Below are positions 32,201 through 41,200 of a stretch of DNA of 64,000 nucleotides, in pieces (position 1 is the stretch's first letter; each line of letters begins with the position of its first letter). The translations under genes and the position numbers were made by a program. This DNA is from a virus (lineage: Duplodnaviria > Caudoviricetes). The notes below the pieces were generated by a model. That model searched no databases, was not told where the DNA came from, and saw only the letters and a list, made by a program, of their open reading frames with translations. The stretch lies in the IMG/VR virus record IMGVR_UViG_3300021426_000072, positions 1-64,000 of that record; one strand, written 5' to 3'.

Positions 32201-35200
32201 TACTTTCTTTATGTGTTCCTGGCTTTGTCTGTTCTTCGAGCTTATCTGCAAGAACTTCTATTTTCTTAGAATTAATACTGTTAATAGTATTATTAATCTC
32301 TGCTAAAGCTTCTTCGGCAGCATAAACTGCATCACGAAGTTTATACCAATCGTCAGAGCTACTGGAAACAGTTTTCATCATATTATTAAGTTCAGCTATA
32401 TTTTGATTATAAGCTTCTCTTAACTCATATTGTAAATCAATCTGATTGTTGATATTGCCAAAAGAGCCAGAATAATCATTTCTAAAATCAAGATCTTTTT
32501 CTGTTGATTCTAAAAGTTTGCTACGATGCTCCAATTCTGCAAGACGACGTTTTTGACTTTCAAGAAGTTTATCAACGGCGGACTTTCCTCCACCGCCACC
32601 TCCACCACCGCCTCTGGTCCCAGAACCTAAACCATCAATGACGAGTTTTGCATCGAAAGAATCTTTTCCAGCGTTAACCTCTAAATGAGCTTTTACGCCC
32701 CAAGCTTGAAGTTCTTTGAGAACGCTTTCTTGAGCTTCATTGAGGTAAAGATCTGTTTCATTAAGAGCTTCATCCAGACTTACACTGACTGGACCGCTTC
32801 CAATAGTTATTGGAGCCCCTTTAACTTCGATTGCATCGCCATTTTTAAAGTGGTCTGTCAAAGTTTGGCTAATACTTTCGCTTAGAGAATTTGCATAATC
32901 TTCAATGCCTGATATATCAACTTGCTCCGAACTTTCAAGCAAACTGTCAACCAGAGCTTTATTCATGGATTCAAGTTGTCGTTTGTCCACGCCAAGCAAT
33001 CCTGCAACAGCGTTTACAGTTTCAGAATCTCTTTTCCCTTGTTTATACTGTTGTCTATAATATTGATTCTGAGAAATTTTAGACATAGATTGATTCATTT
33101 GCATAATCGCAGAGCTTGATTTCTTTGCGTCTTTGCTGAATAAATCCATGTAGGCTGTTGTTGATTTTGTGTCTTTTGCGAAATTCTTAACATCAGCAGA
33201 AGCCTTCTTCAGAGCTTCGTCAACATTATCAATACCGGTTTTAAAGTTTTCTGTTGGGATGCCTGCTTCTTCAAGAACTTTTGTAAATTCTTTATACTGT
33301 TCCTGATTTTCGGCGTAATCAGCTAAAGAAGTTGGTTTATTTATGCCTTCATATTTGTTAAGTTGCCGTTGTGCTTTAAGAATAGAGGCGAGCTGATCGT
33401 TTCCTGAAGTGTAAGCATCGATTATTGTTTGATCTGTAGTGCCAACATAATCGTTGTATGTCCCCTTTAGAACAGAATCAAACAATTCCTGTTGAGTGTT
33501 AATCTTTTGGAAGTCTACAAGACCATTTATCCCATACCCAAAATTAGTAGCAATATCTTTTGCATACTGTCTTTCGAGACTAGATAAAGTATTTGAAGAT
33601 CCCGAAGTAACCATATTGGAGCTAAGAACCTTACTGGCAAATTGATCCCCGAAAATGGTTGTTAGTTCTTCTCTGTCTCCACCAAACGGGTTTTCATTTC
33701 CCATCTCATCTAAAGCTCTTAATATAGATGTCGCTCTTTCTGCTTTTGAAGAATAAGCATCTATTGTAATGCCTTTGTATTCGTTTGACTTTGAGGCTAA
33801 CGCTTCTATAAACTTTCCAAAAGCAACATTGTCTGTATCTGTCGATGTTGTTACTGTTACAGGATTATAGTTTTCATCAACAAAATTTCTTTCGACAAAA
33901 TAAGAAGATAACAAACGACCAAGTCCCGTATCTTCTACTGCCTGTGTGTAAAGACTACTGTTTATATCGCCTCGATTAACAGCATCAATTAAATCCTGAA
34001 GACTGTTAATTTGTAAACTGTAGATATTTGTTAATAAGGTATCTGCATTAATAGCTTTTTGTCCTGCCTCTGAAGCGCCTTCTGTGCTAATAGCGTCTTC
34101 TAACGCTTTTCTAAAAGTAGATCTGACAGGGCCTTTTGATTTAATTTTTTCTGTTTCTTCGGCTTCGGCTATGACATCTTCTATGTCTATATTTAAATTA
34201 AAAGCATCAGCAATTTCTTTAACATTTTTAGCAGTATTCGAAACAAGGGTTTTCATTGAATCTTCATATTCAGATTCAGCAGCTTCAATTTCTTCTGTTG
34301 ATGGTTCATAATCAAATAGATAAATAGAGTCACCAATTTGTAATATCCAATCAGAAGACAAATCAACCAATTTTTCTGCTACGGCTCTTAATTTTCTCTC
34401 GTTTTGTTTAAATTTATCTTCAGTTAGAATTTGTGTTTCATTATTATCTGTAATTTTATACAAAGGGCCAGTAAAACTAGAATCATCAACCCAGGCGGGA
34501 AGTTCTCCTCTTCCTGTAGCCCAACGCTTATGAGTAGCAAAAAAGTTTAAATCATAATCCTCTAAAGCTTCATTAACACCCTGTTCTGTTTCAGGATATT
34601 TATAAACGCTTCTCATAGCGTTCATTTGTTCTTCAATTAGCTTATCTCTATCTTCAGGTGAAACTTGTCTTACAACAGCTTTAGCAATGTTCTGTTTGAC
34701 TTCACTTTCAGTTTGTTCAGCAAAAGTTTTTCCGTATTTCTTTTCTAAAATTCCTTTATATTCTTCGTCAGACAGATTATCTAATACATATCTAGTTAAA
34801 GCTTCTCTTGAAATTAACCCTTCTTCATCTGTATATGATAATAGATTCTTTAAGGCAGTTTGATATGCAGCATACGGCCTCTGAGAATAATTTTCAGTAC
34901 TTTGAACATTATTAATAAAAGAGGACATAAATGAAGGAATATACTTCTCGTCGATTCCGCTTGCAATTGCAACATCATTTATTATTCTGTCTGCTCTTGC
35001 GTTTAAAGCCTCTCCTATTAATTGTTCTTTAATTTCTTTTGTTAAGCCGCCGTCAGCTTCGCCTTTATATGTAAGAATAAAGTCAAGAAGCTGTTTTCCC
35101 GCAGAAGTTCTTTGACTCTTTGTTCCACCTTCGCCAGAGATAATTAAATCGGCGTATTTGTCGGCAGAATCAATGTAATCTAAATCAGCAGGAAGATTAA

Positions 35201-38200
35201 TCAGCTTTTTATCGTAGATATATTTTAATGTTTCTCGCATCCATTCGCCAACGGAATTTTCCATAAAATTTTCAGGACTTGAATAATCCATCATTCCAAT
35301 TCCGGTGCTGACATGATGTTCATGAGAAAGATAAGATTGAAGATTTCCAGACGCTAAAGCATATTCAAGATTTGAACTAATATCAAAAGGGTTTGAACCA
35401 TATTTTAATTCTGTGTCAATTATATTAGCAGTATTACGACCTTTTCTCTTATTGTTTTCTGTTTCAAATTCTTTCATTTTAGTAATAAGAGCGTCGTAAT
35501 TGCCTATTAATCCTTGAACTTCCGATCCTACGTGCCCAAATTCTCCAGCCAAAGAGCCTAAGTTGGCTTCAAGCTGGGTTGTTTCATCTGAAGTTAATCC
35601 TGTTACCGAGTTTGATTTTTCAATAAGACTCTTAGTTTCTTCTATGATTTGATCTACTCCAGATGTGCGATCAGATATCTGTTTGATTTGAGATTTTCTT
35701 ATAGTTCTTTCTTCTTCTTTTTCAAGAATTGCATTATCACTTTTTCGTTTTTGTTCTCCTATCGAGCTAACAATCCCAGTTGTAATGAGTGCAATACCAG
35801 TAAAAAGCGCAGCCCAAGGTTTGGCAGCAATCATCATTGCTCCTAAGGCAATCCCAAGAATCTTTATAGCCCCAGACAAGGCTCCAGTTGCTTTCTCTGC
35901 TGCTGTAATATTCTGAATTGTTTCAGATAAGAAATCGAGAAAACCTGTAGCAGTTTCAGATAATTCAAAAGAACTAATTAAATTATCAAATGCTGTTTTA
36001 ACATTATTTAACTTTGCTTCTAATGAATCAAGATAATTTTCATACTTACGGTCGGTAATACCCTCTGAATTTTGAGCAGTATCAAGATATCTTTGAGCTA
36101 ACTCTCCGCCGTCTTCCGCAAGGCCTTGCAACAATGTAGCGATATTAGAACGCTGTCTGCCTGCACCAAGTGTTGTAAGGATCATGCTTTGAGTTGTATC
36201 GTCTGCATTCTCCCATCCAGCGCCAATATCTTGAAGGATTTGGTATGGACCTCTAAAATTTCCTTTATCGTCATACAGACTAATCCCCATACGAGATAAA
36301 GCTTTTGTTGCAGCCGTGCTTGAAATATGTCTTCCGGCTTCATCTGTGAAATCTTCGTTATTGTTTACTTTGTAAAGTCTGTAAATTAAAGTATTTAAAG
36401 AAGATCCAATATTAGAACCGCCAAGCTGAGTTTTAGAAGTGCCAATAGTTAATAATGTAACAAGTTCGCCATAAGACATTCCAGCTTGTTTTGCGGCAGC
36501 GGCAGACTTCTGCATACCTTTTGATATTTCAGAAGCTGTTGTAGCAGCAGAGTCGCCAAGAGCAACAAGAGCATCCATAGCTTCCTGAGAATTATCTACA
36601 AGCCCATTTTGAAGAGCTGTAGTGATAATCTTTGATGCTTCTGTTGTTTTTATTCCTGCGACCTTGGAGAACTTAATCACATCGTCAAGTCGAGCGTCTA
36701 CTTCTTCATCACTCAAACCTTGTCTATAAAGATTTGATGCCGCTGAAGTGACTTCTGTTACAGTAGATCCAGAAGTTTGAGCTGTTCTAATCAGCTTATC
36801 TCCAAGTTGAGAAATTTCTTCGTCAGATTTTAAAGTAATCATCTGAATTTCAGTCATTGACTTATCGTAATCTCTGACGAAAGATGTAACTTCTTTCCGA
36901 ATTCTATACCACAGTTGTCTTCCAAGCATTCTTCCGGCGGCAGAAGCAAGGTTTGAAACTGTTGTCATTGCAGCGTTCATTGCGTTCTGGCCCGAAGAGA
37001 AATTCTTTTGTTCAGCTTCCGCTGCTCTTAAAGCTTCTGTATATCCTTTAATTTTCTCCTCTGCTTGTGCGATGTTTTTGTTTAAGCTTTTATCTTGTTC
37101 TGCATTTCCTGTTAATTGAGACCTCCAAAGATTTATATTGCCTCGTTCGTCTGCAATTTTATTACTGTATGCTTGAGCTTGATTTTCTAAACTAATACGG
37201 TAATTCTCATCTTGGTTGTAAAGCTGCATAAAACGAGAACGAGAACGTCTCATTCTTCGTTGCTGCTTGTATCGATCATATTGTTGTTCTTGCTGTGCAA
37301 GAGCCATATCATTCTGACGAGAAATTGAAGCTATTTGATTCTGTCTTGTTATGTCAAAAGCATCATTTTGTCTTTGCAAATCTTCATTTAAAATCTTTTC
37401 GTAATCTTCTTTGGAGAAAGAATTTAACAATGTAGATAATTCGTCATATTTATCTTTTCCAATCTTATCGTTTGCTCTAAGATTATCTAAAGATCTGCGA
37501 AGAATATCTTGTTGCTTTTCAAACTTCGAAGCCGACAATTTTATTTTGTCTTTTGGATTTGCATTTTTGCCTTGAGATGAGAGTATGAACTTAGAAATAT
37601 CTTCGCTCATTATTTCTTCTGCATCTTCTAATAACATTTGTTCGTATTCTTCTTTTAATTCATATGCAGAATTTAAAGCTGTTTCTGCTTTTGTTAAAGC
37701 TGCTTTATCTTCGTCCGTTGGCTTTGTTCCTGCTTTTTCTTTTAATATATCGTAAGCAGATCTTGCCCGTTCGATATTCTCATCAATTTCCTTTTGTTCG
37801 TTTACTATCTTTCTTGCACTACTTGTTGTTTTTCGATTTAAAATTCTGTTGAACACATCTTCATTAAACGCAACAAAATCGCCAGAAGCTCCAGCTCTTA
37901 ATGTCTGTTCAAACTGTTGATTCGCTAAATCAAAAGAAGTAGAAAATAATGCAAGTTCTTCATCAGAAGCTCCAATTCGAGATAATGTATTACGAAGATC
38001 TTCATAATGATCTTGACCTAATTGGAACTTAAAATTATCCCACTGTGTAGAAGGCTTTTTTGCCGTCTTTTGTTCATATTTTCTACTCATCGACGCCATG
38101 CGTCCACGAAGCTCTTCATATAAGTCTACTGTTTCATCAATATGCTGTCTTCCAGAAAATGCCTTTGTTAAGTCCGGCTTATCCACCTGCGTAACAGGCA

Positions 38201-41200
38201 CAGAGCCTTCAAATGAATACAGAGGAGGAACAGGAGGTTGGTTATTAGATCCTCCTCCTCTATTATTCTGGAGAGGTAATTCAGGCGAGTTTAATGAATG
38301 ATTAGATTGAAAAGAAAAAACTCCAGGCAACGCATATTTATTGAAATATCCCTGTCTGATTTCATGGAATGGATCAGGGTTATTCATAAGATTGATTGCA
38401 GCAGAAGAAAGGTTACGCATACGCTCTTCTACGCTGCTAATCATTTCTGTAGTAATCGGAACAGATCTTGTTTCAAGTTTTCCGTTGCCATAAGAGATTA
38501 TTCCTGCATGAGTTGCTTTGTTGTCACCTGCATACAAAACGGGCTGATCGTATCTGTGACTTTGTCCAGTCTTTTCGTCAATCCACTCAAGAGACTTATC
38601 GTGAGTAAAACCTTCTTTTGCATCCCAGTTTGTAATAGCTCCAGTCCTTGGATCACGAGTAACAAGATCGATATAGCCAACAGAATCAAGCCGACGACCT
38701 AATTTATCGACACCAAGATTTGGATGGACAATACCGCCATTTTTCTCAGCACCAATAATTTCTAAGTCTTTCATGAAATCTGGCAGGCTACGTACAGAAC
38801 TAACAATAGATTGATAGCGCTGTTTTACTTTTGCATCATATAGTTTGCTATCTTCTGTTGGTAATTCGGGGAACAAAGATAATTTTTTCCCTGTTTTTTC
38901 GTCTACCCAATTAAGCAAATAATCGTTTAATAACGCCTCATATTCGTCTGGCGTGCCATAATCATTTTGATTTTTCATTCTTCTGCCAGCCCAAGTTTCT
39001 TGAACTTTATGATAAGCAGAACCAAGAAGCATTAAAGGAGTTATTTCATCAGGAATTCCCGCAATGTATCTGGTGTACCAATTCTCTCCGCCGCTGGCGC
39101 TTTTTTCAATAGTGTGTAATTGGCTCCATGAATACTGACGAGTATTTGCTTTATTTACGGCTTCTGCAATAGCTTCTTGCCGAGCAATATTTTCAGAAGT
39201 AGCCAGTAATTGAGGATCTGCCCCTGAAAGAACAATACTCTTAGAAAGGAGAGCATCCTGTTCAGTATCAAATGCACTTGCAAAATTAGAACGAGAACCA
39301 GTTAGACGACCTTTCGCTAATCCAGAAGAACTAATAAATCCATCTTTTCTATTTGCAGCTTCTTCTGTTATACCATATCCGTGTAAAAATTCTAATCGTT
39401 TCTTTTGAAGCTCAGTTTCATAAAGCTGATTTCTCAAGTATTCCTTTTGAGCTTGAGAAATTCCCGGACGATTATACTCATCAGAAACTAATCCCGCCCA
39501 ATTTGCGTACAATCCTTTTAATTCGTTTTCATCTTTCGTAGAAACAATTTGAGCTTTATTAGAAGCGATTTGAGCCATCAAAGAATTATTTTTACGAAGA
39601 TATTGTGCTTTAGCTTTATCTGCGGGATTATTAGATGATTCAAGCGCATCTAATCCTTGTAAAAATTCTTGAGCTTGAATAAAAGATTCAATCATGTCAT
39701 TGCTAAAAGCACTATCCATTCCCGCTGCCAACATACTTGTTGTTAAATTTGAATAACGAGATGGAAAATTCACTTTTGAAAAATCTTTAACATTCGAAAA
39801 ATCACTGTTTTGAATTGCAGCATGTAAATTTTTAAACATACTGACATAAGGTGTTCCAAGATTTTTCGCGCCTCTTGCATAATGAGACCAAGAAGCAAGA
39901 ACACCAGTTTTGGCAAAAGTTGTATCGATATCGTACATTGCACGAAGATCAACGCCAGCCTGTCTTGCAAACTTAGCCCATTCAGGATCAAGCCAGTTCC
40001 CCTGAGAAAGAGCATCTCCAGCGTTGGAAACTCCAGCCATATCTAAAACAGAAGCTGCTTTTCGATAAAGCATGTCTGCAAAATCAGAACCTCGTACTTT
40101 TCGAGCTCCTCCTTTAAGAGGAATATCTTCTTCTTCTTTAATTGTTGGGCTTAATTTTGCAGCTTCAGATCCTCTAAATTTCCATGTTCTTTCTACTATT
40201 GTTCTTAATCTATTTCTGACAGCCTGAACAGTATCTCCATCGAAATCGCCGCCGCCCATCTTTTTGATAGTGTCCATGTTCATAACCATGGCATTACGGC
40301 TTATACCATACTCATCTAAAAGATTAATAAAATCTTTGGAGTTATATAACTTAAATTGTTCACCTACGTTGTTAGGGTAACGCCAACCTGCAATCTGATT
40401 GTCTGCCCACGCAGCAAGTGCAACAGCATCTTCGTCGCCTCTGCCTTTTAAACTTAATATGTTTGCAAGGTTTTTATTGACAGGAGCTTTTTTGTTGGCT
40501 TTTGCCATAGCGCTAATCAGTTCGAACGGATTGTTAATTGCAAGAGCGTTTAAAGCATCGCCCTTGGCAAAAAACCGTTCATTTAAAAGATCATCCTTAG
40601 CACTTTGAATTGAATCATTGACTCTTGCTCTTGCTTCGGGGTCGCTAAAAAAGAGACTATGATCTGCACTTACTCTTTGAGCCAACGGGTCATCTGGGTC
40701 AGAAAAAAGTAACTTGATAGTTTCTTCTGGATTATGTTCAAGAGTATCAATATACTTTTCCCATTTCTTTCTGTTTGCTGCAACATCTTTTTTACTAAGC
40801 GCTAAATTTTGAGTAACTTGTCTTGAAATAGAATCACTTCTGCTTAAAAATTCTTTATCTGTTGTTACTCCTCGAACACCACCAATTAAGTCGGCAATGT
40901 CAGAAAATAAATCTTGTATTTCTGTGTGACTTTTGCCTTTATAAAACGTGGTTTTATCCATCGTTTTATCGATCAAGGCCTCGTATTTAAGGATGTCTAC
41001 AAAATCTTCATCGAAAGATGTGAGACCAGATTTCTTATATGCTTGACGAACTGCTTCAATTCCACTTTTTTTGTAAAGCTCTTTCATTTCTGCTGGAGCA
41101 TTCCATGTCGGAGCGTAAAAAGAATCAACGTCTCCATATACATCTTTAATCATCTTTTTAAAATCAGTATTAAACCCAGCACCTTTAAATCCTACTGATC

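Noticed and set aside
38350-39140. Cas4/CRISPR interpretation of the nuclease domain
   Set aside because: No Fe-S cysteines, no cas genes and no repeat-spacer array in the window
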